Source of the DNA: Geosiphon pyriformis uo1
Taxonomy: Eukaryota > Fungi > Glomeromycota
Length of the DNA stretch: 64,000 bases
Direction of reading: 5' to 3'
NCBI GenBank assembly: GCA_016748015.1
Contig: JAAOMT010000193.1
Span: 222,205 to 286,204 of the forward strand
A program made the position numbers and the translations under genes. The notes under the pieces are model-generated. The model worked only from the letters and a program-made list of their open reading frames with translations, searched no databases and was not told where the DNA came from. Below are positions 1-12,271 of the stretch, one piece after another. Each line of letters opens with the position of its first letter. Position 1 is the stretch's first letter.

Positions 1-557
1 GTCTATATGGATGGATTTCTTTGTGGTTTGGAAACTGCTAATATAAGAACTGGTACAACTGCTTTTTTTGAAGATATTGGTTTAGATCTAGGTGTTAAGA
101 TTTCTGGTTTAGTGTTTTCAACTATAACAGAGTAGCAAGTTATTGCACTGGCACTTGAGTATATGCTACTTTCCAGTTTGGTTCATCTCTTCTCAGACAA
201 TTAGGCTGTTTTGAATGCTTGGAAATCAGAATTAAGTTTGTTGTGTCTGAATTTTTGAAACCAGTGCTAGATTAAACATCATCATATTGTGAATGTTATT
301 CATGATAGGAATTTAGAAGTCAGCTGACATAAAGTGAAGGAACATTCAAGTATACCAGGCAATAAAGCCACTAATGCATTCATGGAATCAGTTTTCTTCT
401 TTGGTTGATATCTCTTTTATTGGATTAATAAGCATTTCATTAAGGCTGGTAGTGGTATTGTTTTTGGTAATTCTAAACATTTTGTTTATGACATTTTTTA
501 TTCTATTTATTAAGCATGCTGAAAGATTGGCTCTGGTTTTTGGGTTGTAGTGAATGA
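1..557 (+). mobile_element. Decayed LINE ORF2 fragment (RNase H region), cut by the LTR of element B at 558
   Basis: Frame 1 reads VYMDG...AFFEDIGLDLGVKISGLVFSTITE*QVIALALE...LFSDN*AVL...HKVKEHSSIPGN. This is colinear with the RNase H of the LINE at about 50200-50600 (VYTDG...AELQAVALALE...FSDSQ...KVKGHS...GNE). Confidence 0.9.
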
Positions 558-809
558 TGTTACAGGTGATTATTTGGGGTCTCAAATCAAATAACAAATC
601 TGTAACTTGGTGCTAATAACTGATATGATAGTTATGATCTGAAAATTTTGGTTATCTGAAGGCTTTAGTTGGAGTTTTTTGTATAATAGACAGAGGTTCA
701 AATGTAATTCTCTTTTAGTGATGTTTCAAGTGTCAACCTTCAAATTAAGTTGTTTTGTTTTGTCTATTACTTCCCAGAATCACAATTTTATCAATTTTTT
801 TCTTAGCAT

Positions 810-1580
810 TGTTACTCATAAAAAAAAACAGATATAGAAAATAGTAGACCAATAGGAGAGTAGTAGTTAGCACATAAGCATATTGCTCAGCAATGTGGAA
901 CAATATTAAAAAATTAGAGCACATTGCTCAAGAAATTATAGCATATTGCTTAAAAATATGAGCAATCTCATAGAACATCAATTATGTATATATAGCAGTA
1001 GCATTAGAAGAAAAAAAAACAGACCTCCCAGTTTAGATTTGATTTAAGCAACTTTTCACATTATAAATATCAATAAATAATTATTCATTATCTTAATTTA
1101 CTCTCTACTATCAACAATTCATGTTGATAGTTGCTAATACTTAACCACACTGGAACAATAGCTCTTAATTATGGTTATTAACAGGATACTAACATGTAAA
1201 TTGCCTTAGTTTATTTCTTATTTTTTTTTTTGTTTTATTTTCTTTGTTGTTTGTTAACTTAATTAAAAAATTTATATGCAGAGGTATTGACATTAGAATA
1301 TAGTACTGGTAAAAGACCCAGGAATAAGAGTAAACACTCAGAATTAAGGATATCTTACCAGGAAAATTACCAGCCATCATGCTGAGAAAAAAATTAACAA
1401 AACTGTGGTTTTGGGAAACTATGAATAAACTATCAATTAAATCTCTGTTTATTATACAAAAAACTCAATCAAAACCTTCAGAAACCATACCTTCAGAAAT
1501 TGCTAACACCAATATATCAATTGAGCACCAAATTATGGGTTTGTTATTTGCCTTGAGACCTCAAATAATTATCTGTAACA
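810..1580 (+). repeat. 5' LTR of element A
   Basis: Direct repeat of 10842-11612. Contains a CCAAT box, AGCAYATTGCT repeats, TATATATA at about 987 and AATAAA signals. Confidence 0.96.
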
Positions 1581-1582
1581 TT

Positions 1583-1597
1583 TGGTGCTTCCTGTGA
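1583..1597 (+). promoter_or_regulatory. Primer-binding site of element A (TGGTGCTTCCTGTGA)
   Basis: Starts with TGG, 2 nt after the LTR, and is similar to the PBS of element C (TGGTGCTCTTTGTGAGG). The tRNA identity is not determined. Confidence 0.85.
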
Positions 1598-1645
1598 AGT
1601 ATAATCTAACAGAAAACTAGCATTAACAAACAATCATCCAAAACA

Positions 1646-3340
1646 GTGACAGAATTCGAAGAAACAGGGACAAACCACTTGGGATTTGCAAAATCTTTAT
1701 TCCAATACTATCACACCCATCTTGGATTAACAAATAATAGTTGGCCAACAGAATCAGCTTTTAACTGTTATGTCAATGAGAGAATAGTTTATCATTTAGA
1801 AGGCCAAGAAAATCCAGAATCTGTCTTTAACAATTTCTTCAGTGAACTACTACAAAGCACCACCTTCCCACAAAATTACTTATTTGTGCCCCTAATTACA
1901 GAAATAAACAGAGAAATTGAAAAATACACCAAGCAAAGATTTTCTATTACTTTTGCTAACAAAAGAAAAGAAAAATTACAAACATTAGTCAGAACACCAA
2001 AACCAATCCAACTACCCACTTGAAAAAAACAAAAATTTGATTCACCTACTAATCTATCATATTACCACATACTCAGAAGTACTATCAATATAATAAGTGC
2101 AGTTACAACAAATGTGACAATACTACTAAATAGAATCCCATTTCAAAGTAAACAAAAAAAAGCAGAGTTATTAAGAACATACAGCAATTATTTCGAGGAA
2201 TTTAAATTGCAATTTTTAATACCATTAGAAATTCAATCATTATTATCACAACCAGATTTTGAAGCCATTAAACCTTGGAAAATAACTGACTCTGAAGAAA
2301 AAGAAAGTAGTGATCAAGAAATTAGTAAGCAAAACCTGATTTAACAAAATTCAGAAAATCAAATGCCAAATATTTAAACTCCAAAAAATCAGAACAATCT
2401 AAACTCTGACCCAATTAATCAGCAAAATTTACCTCTAATAATTGAGATTAATCTACCATCTATTCTATTAATTGCTGAACAGCAATAACAGTCACAACTG
2501 CTATCTTAACAATAATTCTAACAACAATTACAACAACAACCACAACAACAAATGGCCTATGCTCCAATTGCAAAAATAGAAAAATTTACCAGCAAAGAAA
2601 ATGATGCCCAAGTATGGCTCAACAATATAGAAAAAACCATTACAGCCAATAAATAGAATGATGACAGAGCTCTTTAAGCAATCTCCTATTTTCTCCAAGA
2701 TACTGCTGACTTGTGGTATCAAAGTTTAGCCACCAAACCTCAAACATTTCAGAAATTTAAAATTGCATTCTTGGAATATTTCAGTAATAATAACAGTATT
2801 AATTGCTTAGTTAATGTCTTTACTACAATTAAACCGGGAAAAACTAAAGCAGTTACCACTTACTTGAGATGTTTTTACAGAAACTTACACCAAATTCAAG
2901 TAATCCAAGCTGACTATTTTACAGTATCACAGATTCTGAACCAGTTTATCTATAGTCTGTACAGTAGCCTTCTTTAATGTATATAACCATTACATCTAGC
3001 AACACTCCAAAACACAGTTATACAGGCCAGAGACTTTGAGTCAGCTGAATTAGAGACTAATCATGCCCAAGCTGTAAACCTAGTTATGAATGGATCATCT
3101 AACTAGGATTCCAAATTAAAACAACTTAGTAATTCAATTAATCAGAAATTAGAAAGATACTTAGCTGACAATTGTGCAATTTATTAGCCACTTCAAAGAT
3201 GCAATAATTTCGGAAACATGAATTACTCTCAAAATCAGTCACATCCTTCATTATTACCTAATCAGCTATGGCAGGAAGAGATGCGTATCTACTACAATTG
3301 TGATAAACAAGGCCATTTGAGAATTGACTGCTGTTTCTAT
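1646..3340 (+). pseudogene. gag: gag of element A (long N-terminal extension, capsid domain, CCHC knuckle)
   Basis: IAKIEKFTSKENDAQVWL...WYQSLATKPQTFQKFKIAFLEYF capsid signature, and a degenerate knuckle YYNCDKQGHLRIDC at about 3288-3330. Many stops. Confidence 0.88.
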
Positions 3341-3954
3341 AATAATAATTTATGATTAGAAAGTCAATATCGAAACTCTGATTGACAATTTCAAACTCCG
3401 AATTAATACCCAAATTAAAATCAATACTCACTTCATTATACCCAAATGATGCAACAGCCAATTTATTAACCACTAGTATATTAAGTCCCAATTTATTAAC
3501 CAACAATGCCTGTAATTTATCAGTTGCAGCCACAATCTATCTATTAACCACAGTTCTAAGTACTATATCAGCTGTAACAAATTCAAATATTGCCACAAAA
3601 CTTACCTCAAAATAGAACCCAAAGACAAAAAATGACACAATAAAGCTGGAGATTAGTGATAATAGTCCATTAACCAATCCCCAGTTCTTCAACTCAACCA
3701 TCAGAATTATGTCAATGGAGTTTAGGAACTGGGTATATTCCAAATCCGAGTTTTCAGAACTATTTAAGTCTTCTGATTAACCCAAAAAACGTTTTACCCA
3801 ACAACCAGGAACCCAATCAAAACAAATCACTTACTAGCAACATACCTCCAGTTACTGTCACCAATGACAAATTACTAGCAGCAATTTTCTCATTTGAACT
3901 TAAGGAACTGTCATCTACATCTTTGTTTAGTGGAGCCACACTTGAAGAAAAACT

Positions 3955-4270
3955 GATTACTGCCATATACACTGATGCTAAAGTTGATGACCACTCCATC
4001 AAACTCATATTGGATAGTGGGTCAGCAGACAGCATCATCACATGACAATTCATAGACCAATTAAGTTGCCAAGTTAATTATACTGTTAGCTTTAAAATCA
4101 TAACAGCCAATAGAGCAACCAAAACTCTTATTGGTAAAATAGATAACTTCCTATTTGAAGTCAATAGCATTATAATATCAATCAAGGTATTGGTAATAGA
4201 AGCAACTCAGTACCAAGCACTTGTTGGTAATAACTGGTTGTCCAAAACCAACATGACACTTGATTAGAAC
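3955..4270 (+). pseudogene. Aspartic protease domain of element A
   Basis: IKLILDSGSADSII catalytic motif and ALVGNNWL C-terminal motif. Confidence 0.9.
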
Positions 4271-5593
4271 ATATAAGAGCTCCAATTAAGTCAGAATAGT
4301 CAACACATATGTGTACCAACCACATGTGGCCACTTCAAATCTATTACCATGCCATTAATACTCTTTATTGAGTTTGACAACAAAAAAAAAACCTATCTGA
4401 AAAGCTTACCAAGTATCATGGGCCAATAACAATCACAACAAACTACCACCAATACTATCCTGAGATGACAACAGAAAAAAAAAGCAAAAAGAGAAACTTA
4501 CTGAAAATAATGACCAAACATGGTGGACTAATGACAACAGTACTAAGCTGACACCAATCTAGGAGTGAGAAGAAAATAACAAGAGAAAAGAAAAAGAGAA
4601 AGAAAAAGAGCCAACATCAACTACTACTACTACTTATACCCCATACACTATACTTTACCACAATCATCCAACTATTGCTGACCAAAACTGGTATGTGTCA
4701 ATTGTGGCAAGAAATTGTTATTAATAAGTGCATGCTATGGTAACAATAAGGAATACTTAATGGCAACAAAGTTCTATTGCCACTCATGTATCTTGAAACA
4801 GTTTGGAAGACCCAAGAGACAAAAAAAATGGGACAATAAATCTTGCCTAGCATGTGAAACTATTTTGCCTGATAAAAAAATGTGGAATGACATTCTTGGG
4901 CATGGAAAAATATGTGACAAAACATGTCAATATACTATCCTAATAAATGACTAGGTATGCAAAAGAACTCCAATCAATGATGTCTGAAAAAAAGTGTTGT
5001 GATGACTAAAAGGATATCTGCACAACAAACATAAAATCTGGAGAATAGCAAGTGCAAAAGCAGAAGGTGCGATGACCAGTGAACTACTGGAAATCAAAAA
5101 TAACCTCTTAACACTTCCTGAACCCGAATACATCCTAATATTTAATATCTTTGACAACATTAAAAACAATTCCAAAGAATTTTATGAACACTACCAATGA
5201 CTGGCACCCACCAGAAAAGAGCAGAAACAATGCTTAGAAGAAATAAACACTTGACTATGTGACCACTGTTTAATCCCATGTGACTTCCAGTATTGTAATT
5301 AGTGTAACTTCATTTACAATCTATTACCATGTATGATTTACACAATTTCAGAAGAGAAAGAACCAATCAGCAACTGTATATCAAAATTGGAATCAACTTT
5401 CAATCCCAATTCAAACTTCAACAATAACAATGACAAAAACAACAGTTCCAGCTTTGCTCAATATAACAATAAAGATAACAACAATTTGGACTCCAATTTA
5501 AATCCCAAACAATATATTATCCTTTCTGATTTTTTTAAGGAACAGGAACTCAAATAGTTCAGTAATAATAATGAAGACATCATATCAGAACAA

Positions 5594-5975
5594 GTGCATG
5601 ATACTGATATAGGATTTAATCTGAGATATTTCAGACAGGATGCCATTAAATTAGAACCACACTTGCACATCTGCATTGATCTTAAAATAACACTAGAAAT
5701 TCTAGCAACAACAATAGTTCAATTAACATCAAGGAGTAGTTTAGCGAAAAAAAAAATCAACATTAAAGGAAAAATAATTGACACAAGATATGTAGGAAAT
5801 ATCATTGTAATGCTACAAAATGACTCAAAAAAGACTTATATCATAGAGCCAAATGAAAAAATAGCACAGGCAATATTCCTGCCTCTGGTTAGAATAGCTC
5901 AATTAGTATTAGTAGGAAACAAAAAAAAATTAGGGATTACAACTAAAAGAATACAAGAGTTTAAATCCACGAGTA
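5594..5975 (+). pseudogene. dut: dUTPase domain of element A
   Basis: All five trimeric dUTPase motifs occur in order, G-to-A eroded: IGFNL (AGxDL), SRSSLA, GKIIDTRYVGNI, NEKIAQ, RIQEFKSTS (RGxxGFGST). Confidence 0.9.
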
Positions 5976-6479
5976 GAATAAATGTACCTGTTAATATAGC
6001 TGAAGAAAAAATTATTGACAAGAAAGAAATTATCTCCATCCATCAACCAATTTCTATTCCACCATATAACCAGTACATAATAGTTATAGAGAGAAAAGTA
6101 AAAGATCAAGTACAGATTTTTAAAGCAAAGACAACAATTTGTGAATTAGAGAAAATTGGATTAGTCAATCTACACATATCAGCCAAAAACCACAGTCACA
6201 TCAAAATTCCCATTTACAATAACATAGAAAACATTATCAAAATAGCAGAAAGAACTACCATTAGATATTTAACCACCGAAATTGAAAACCAGCTGCCAAA
6301 CACCATTTCAAACTTTCCATAACTGTATGGATATGTAGATATCATATTTCAAACAATATATGGATGAGAAAAATATTATCTGCTCTAACCAGAACAATTA
6401 GAACAGATGAACTTGAGAAATCTAGACCCACTACAATGTATACAACTCAAGATATTACTCAATAACTTCAATAATATTT

Positions 6480-9400
6480 TTGCCAACAAAAACAAATTTG
6501 GCAGAACCAACATAATCTAGCATCAGATAAAGGCTGGAGATGTGATGCCAATTAAACAAAAGAACATACAGAGTACCATCAGCTAGTTATAAGATTATTT
6601 GTCAAGAAATCAATCGGATACTTGACAACAGGCTAATTTAGCCATTAATGAGTTCATGGTCATTACCAGTGGTACTAGTCTAAAAGAAAAATGAAAAAAT
6701 CTGCTTTTATGTGAATTACCAAAAACTGAATGAAGTAATCAAAAGAGATAGCTACCCAACACCAAAAATCCAAGAGCTGTTTAATGCTTTTGGAAGAAAA
6801 AAATGATTTTCAACTTTAGACTTAAACAGTGGTTACTAACAAGTAGCTATTGTTACTCATAGAATAAAGGAAGTATATTATTATTAGCAAGTAGAGATTA
6901 GCCAATCAGAAGTAGATGTAGTAAATATGGAATTCTAAGATTCTTTTCAGAGGAATTACAGGATTCCAGGAATTTCAGGATTCTCCAACAAGGAATTGCA
7001 GGATTCCAAAATTCCAGGATTCCTCTCATCAGGAATCACAGGATTCCTGTCACAAGGAATTGAAGAATTGAGGAATCTTAAATATGTATATATAGCAGTA
7101 GTATTAGATGCAGAAAAGAAAAATTGACACCAAGAATCCTTAGCTTAGTTACCACAATCCTCAAATAAATAATTATTCACTATATCAAATTCATTCTTTA
7201 CTATCAACACTTTATATTGATAGTAACTGATACTTAACTATACTGGAACAATAGCTCTTGATTACAGTTATTGACAGGATACTAACTTGCAAATTGCCTT
7301 GGGTTATTTCTTATTTTCTCTTTTATTTTTTTTTTATTTTCTTTGTTGTCTACTAACTTGATTAAAAAATTTATTCTTAGAGGACTTACAGAAGAATAAA
7401 ACTTACTTAAACAATACTTACTCTTAAAGGACTTACGAAGGAATAAACTTGCTTAAACAATACTTATTCTTGAAAGACTTATAAAGGAACTGACATCAGA
7501 AAACAGCACTGGTATACACTTACAAAGGATATTGTACCAGAAGAATCATCAACCATCAAGCTGAGCAAGCAATCAACAAAACTATGGTTTTAGGAAACTA
7601 CTAATAAACTGTTATCATTGCATTTCTGTTTATTATATAAAGAACTCGATTGGAAAATCTTCAGATAAAATATCTTCATATTATTACCATCAATGCAAAT
7701 AATTTTTAGCACCAAGTTACAGGTTTGTTATTCACTGAACACCCCAAAGAATTACCTGTAACACCATTAAACTGGAAGATAAAGAGAAAATGGCTTTTAC
7801 AACTTAAAAAAGAAATTTTGAATTTGAAGTAATGCTATTTGGCTTGATGAATGCTTTAGTCATATTTCAATGGCTTATGAAAATTGTCTATACTGGACTG
7901 CTATGAAAATTAGTAATCATATACTTAGATAACACCAATGTGTTCTCAAAAACATTTGATAATTATCTGCATTATCTCTAACAAGTATTTAAAAGATTCA
8001 GATGAGCAAGATTGAAATTAAATGCAAACAAATGCTTCTTTGGCAAAACAGAACTTAAGTTTTTGGGACATGTTTGAACAAAAATGATATCAAAATGGAT
8101 TCAGATAAGATTGAGATTGTTTAGAACTTTCCAGTACCAAATAATTTCACAAAATTAAGAGCATTCTTGGGATTTGCTAGATATTACTGCCAATTTATCA
8201 AAGACTTTTCTAAAATAACTCAACCACTATATCAACTCCAAACAAAGAACACCAAATACAAATAGACTGAAACTTAGTAAGAAGCTTTTAATATGCTGAA
8301 AAGAAAACTTATTCAAGCTTCAGTACTAATCTATTTGAATTATAGCAAGCCATTTATAATCACAACTGATGCATTTGGTCAAACATTAGGAACAGTACTA
8401 TCTCAGAAAGAACTGGATGGAAGAGAACACCCAGTAGCTTATGCTAGTAGAAGCTTAAGTCCAGCTGAAAAGAACTATAGAACTCCAGCACTAGAACACT
8501 TAGCTATTTATTGGGCTGTCACCAAATAGAAAAAATACTAGAGTCAAAAGTTTAATGTATACACTAATCACAAAAGATTGACTTTAATCCAAAAGCAAGA
8601 ATTTGAAGACAATTGCTATGGCAGATAGAAAATAGAACTTTCACCATTTAATTATACAGTACATTACAAAAAAGGAAAAGAAAATAAAAATGTCAACAAA
8701 TTGTCATGAATAAAACAAATCTAAAAACATTTTAACTCAAAAATATAACAAAAGATGAATATATAAAAATACTAACAACTCTAACATTATATAAATACTC
8801 AATTGTTCAAAAAGAAATTATTTCAAAAGAAAAAAAACAACATAAAACAGCAATCAAAATATTTTATCAACCATCAAAATATACTTTACTAAAAAAACAA
8901 AAAAAATCCAGATCAACCAACCAGAGTAATTACAGAATCAAAGAAAGAGACAATATTATTTAACAAACACTTAGATCTAATAGCAGGATATTTTCACAAA
9001 GAAGCAATCATAGAAAGAATCAGAAAAAGATACTATTGGCCATTAATGTATCTGAACATTATCTAATATGTTCAAAATTGTGATGCTTGTCAAAGAAGAG
9101 ATGAGACAAAATCTAATAAACCATTGAAACCAATTAAAATGGAACAACCATTTGATTGTATTAGAATTGACTTAGTTGGATCATTAACAATCACCAACAG
9201 AGGCAACAGATATATTATAATAGTCATAGATTATTCCACAAAATGGCCAAAAGCAAAAGCCATTCAAAGAGCAGATACAGAATCCATTGCCAAATTCATT
9301 TATCAAGATTTGATTTGTTGACACAGATGTCCAAAAAAACTACTATTAGATCAAGAAACTTACTTTGTGAATAGAACATTGACAGAATTAAGTCAAAGAT

Positions 9401-10010
9401 TTGGGATAAAAAGACCATTATCATCACTATACTATCCATAAACAAATATGTTAGTTAAAAAATTTAACAGAACATTGTGTGAAGCAATAGCCAAAATCAG
9501 CCAAAAAAACCAGAACAAATAGGATTTGTTTATACCATTAATATTATTTGCTTACTAGACAATAAAACAAGACACTACACAAGCAACATCATTTGAATTG
9601 GTATACAATAGAACAGCAATATTACCAGTTGAAATAGAAGTTAAAACATATTTAACAGAATCAATAACAAAAAAAAATTTCCAAAGAACATTGTTGAAAA
9701 GAACATATAACTTAATAGAGATATTGGAAAACAAATAGCAAAAAACAGCTGATAATATTCAAAAATCACACAAAAAACAAAAAGAAAAACATGATAACCA
9801 ACTACCAGATAAATGAGTTGAATTCAGGATTGAAGACAAAGTACTTTTATATTGTACCAAAGTAGAAAAACAATGGAGTGGAAAATTTGACCCCAAATAG
9901 GATAGACCATTTTACATAGAAAAAATTCTAGAAAATAAAGCTTATAAATTAAGATAAAACAACAAAATTTTAGCCAAAGCAGCACATAGTGATCAACTGA
10001 AATCATACTA
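6480..10010 (+). pseudogene. pol: pol of element A (RT split by a solo LTR, RNase H, integrase)
   Basis: FSTLDLNSGY*QVA|IKLEDKEKMAF, IYLDNTNVF (YLDD eroded), IITTDAFG...HPVAYASRSL, CDAC zinc finger, IRIDLVG...IDYSTKWP integrase core, and a GPF-like C-terminal module. Confidence 0.93.
6851..7763 (+). mobile_element. Solo LTR (913 bp) inserted in the RT of element A
   Basis: TGTTACTCA...TGTAACA termini with TSD CTAT/CCAT. Removing it restores QVAIKLEDKEK. Confidence 0.93.
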
Positions 10011-10129
10011 CTATATAGTGTTATCATCCACCAGTAATATTCCACAATTAAGAGTACAAAAAATACTAATCCAACCAGATGAGATTCCACAAGATCTAGA
10101 ACCAATCATAATAATTGAACCAAACATGT

Positions 10130-10828
10130 CAAATTGAACAACCAAAAAAGTATATAAAGACATAGTATATGCAACAAAAGCAATAAAGAAAAATGGAAAT
10201 ACCAGATCATATTTACACTTTAGCTCAACAATTGTTTTAGGCTTTAAGTCAACAGCAAATAAACATGAAAATTATTATCAACAATTAAACAATCTGTTAT
10301 CAAAACACTAAACAAAAAGAGAAAAGTACATCATACTAGCGACCACAGAAACAATCAATAAACTGGTTAAATAAAATAGTAGAGAAAGTAAAGAACACTT
10401 TTGGAAAAATAACCATTATGGTTCCAACAGAAGAACTGGTAAAAAAAAATTGGAACCAATAGATAAACCAATTTCCAATACCATACTACTACTATCAATT
10501 GGGACGAAAAGTAGATATTCAGAAGTTATATCTCAACAAATCCAAGAAAATTTTCAATCAAAAAATAATCCAGAACATTGAAGACATTATTGGAAAGAAA
10601 ACAAACTTAATATTACATATCAGGACCATTTATTGACTACACACTATATTTCAAAACTATCCAGAAGTATTGTTGTACTCTGACATAGAAACAATAACTA
10701 TCAACCAATAGAGAAGAATAAACAACTCACAAATTGAAGAAATAAAGAGTAGAGTAGAACAGACACTACTTGAAAAAGAAGTATTTGACATAATTCAAAA
10801 TGAAAATTTTGATGGAGCTCAATATTAA
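10130..10828 (+). pseudogene. Accessory 3' ORF (ORF3) of element A, unknown function
   Basis: Lies between the end of pol and the PPT, and is homologous at protein level to the same region of element B. Confidence 0.7.
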
Positions 10829-10841
10829 AAGGAGAAGATAA

Positions 10842-11612
10842 TGTTACTCATAAAAAGAAAAACAGATATAGAAAATAGTAGACCAATAAAAGAGTAGTAG
10901 TTAGCATGTAAACACATTGCTTAACAATATGAAACAATATCAGAAATCATAGCATATTGCTCAAAAAATCATAGCACATTGCTTGAAAATGTAAGCAATC
11001 TTGTAAAACATCAATTATATATATATAGTGGTAGCATTAGAAAAAAAAAAGACAGACTTTCCAGTTTAGATTTGATCTAAGCAATCTTCCACATTACAAA
11101 TATCAATAAATAATTATTTACTATCTTAATCTACTCTCCACTATTAACAATTCATGTTAATAGTTGCTGACACTTAACCATACTGGAACAATAGCTCTTA
11201 ATTATGGCTATTAATGGGATACTAATGTGTAAATCACCTTGGCTTATTTCTTATTTTTTTTTTGTTTTATTTTTTTTGTTGTTTGTTAACTTGATTAAAG
11301 GGTTTATATACAAAGGTATTGATGTTAAGATATAGCACTGGTAAAAGACCTAGGAATAAGAGTAGACACTCAGAATTGAAAATATTTTACCAAGAAAATT
11401 ATCAGCCATCACGCTAAGAAAGAAATTGACAAAACTGTGGTTTTGAGAAACTACAAATAAACTATCAATTGAATCTCTGTCTATTATATAAAAAACTCAA
11501 TCAAAATTTTCAGAAACTACACCTTTGGAAATTGCCAACACCAATATATTAATTGAGCATCAAGTTATGGGTTTGTTATTTGTCTTGAGACCCCAAATAA
11601 TCATCTGTAACA
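10842..11612 (+). repeat. 3' LTR of element A, preceded by PPT 10827-10841 (AAAAGGAGAAGATAA)
   Basis: Direct repeat of 810-1580 with the same length. Confidence 0.96.
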
Positions 11613-12271
11613 GCATGGTGGCCAGCAATCTCTTAATAAGCTATCCTTAAATCTAAGTGTCTACCTTTATTCTTAGGTCTTTTACCAGTGTTATATCCTA
11701 ATGTCAGTAATTCAGCACTTAATCTTTAAACAATTAGTATATAACAATAAAGAGAAAAATAAAAGAAAGAAAAGTTTAACAAAGAAAAATAAGCCAAAAC
11801 AATTAAGTTAGTATTCTGTCAATAGCCATAATCAAGAGCTATTGTTCCAGTGTAGTTAAGTATGTAGTACTATTAATATGAAATATTGATAGTAAAGAGT
11901 GGATTGAGATAGCAAATAATTATTTATTGATATTTGTAAATTTGAAGGTTGCTTAAATGAAATTTAAACTAAGAAGTTTGTTTTTTCTGCTTCTAGCACT
12001 ACTGTTATATATATATAATTGAGATTTTTTAATTTTTCAATTCTTCACACCAAAAATTCTGCAATTCCTGGAATCCTGCAATTTCTTTAAAAAGAATTCT
12101 GGAATTCTGGAATTCTGTAATTTTTTGTATGAGAATTCTGAAATTCTTGGAATCTTACAATTTCTTTAAAAGGAATTTTGGAATTCTACATTTACTATGA
12201 CTACTTTTGATTGGCTAATTTATATGCTAATATACTTTTTATACTCTATAAGTAACATTATTTCTTCCTTT

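Larger units (their letters stand above)
810..11612 (+). mobile_element. Structurally complete but inactivated Ty3/gypsy element A (gag-PR-Cys-rich-dUTPase-RT-RH-IN-ORF3)
   Basis: Two 771-bp LTRs (TGTTACTCA...TGTAACA), 4-bp TSD GCAT (806-809 / 11613-11616), PBS, PPT and the RT-RH-IN domain order. Confidence 0.96.

Noticed and set aside
1189-1597. Small ORFs within the LTR of element A
   Set aside because: Not preserved as open frames in the sister LTR.
11807-11860. Antisense LTR motif resembling 5S rRNA loop C (TCCCGTC...GTTAAG), or a known ribozyme
   Set aside because: The similarity is limited to two short words with no rest of 5S. I could not fit hammerhead, HDV-like, twister or hairpin cores by eye.
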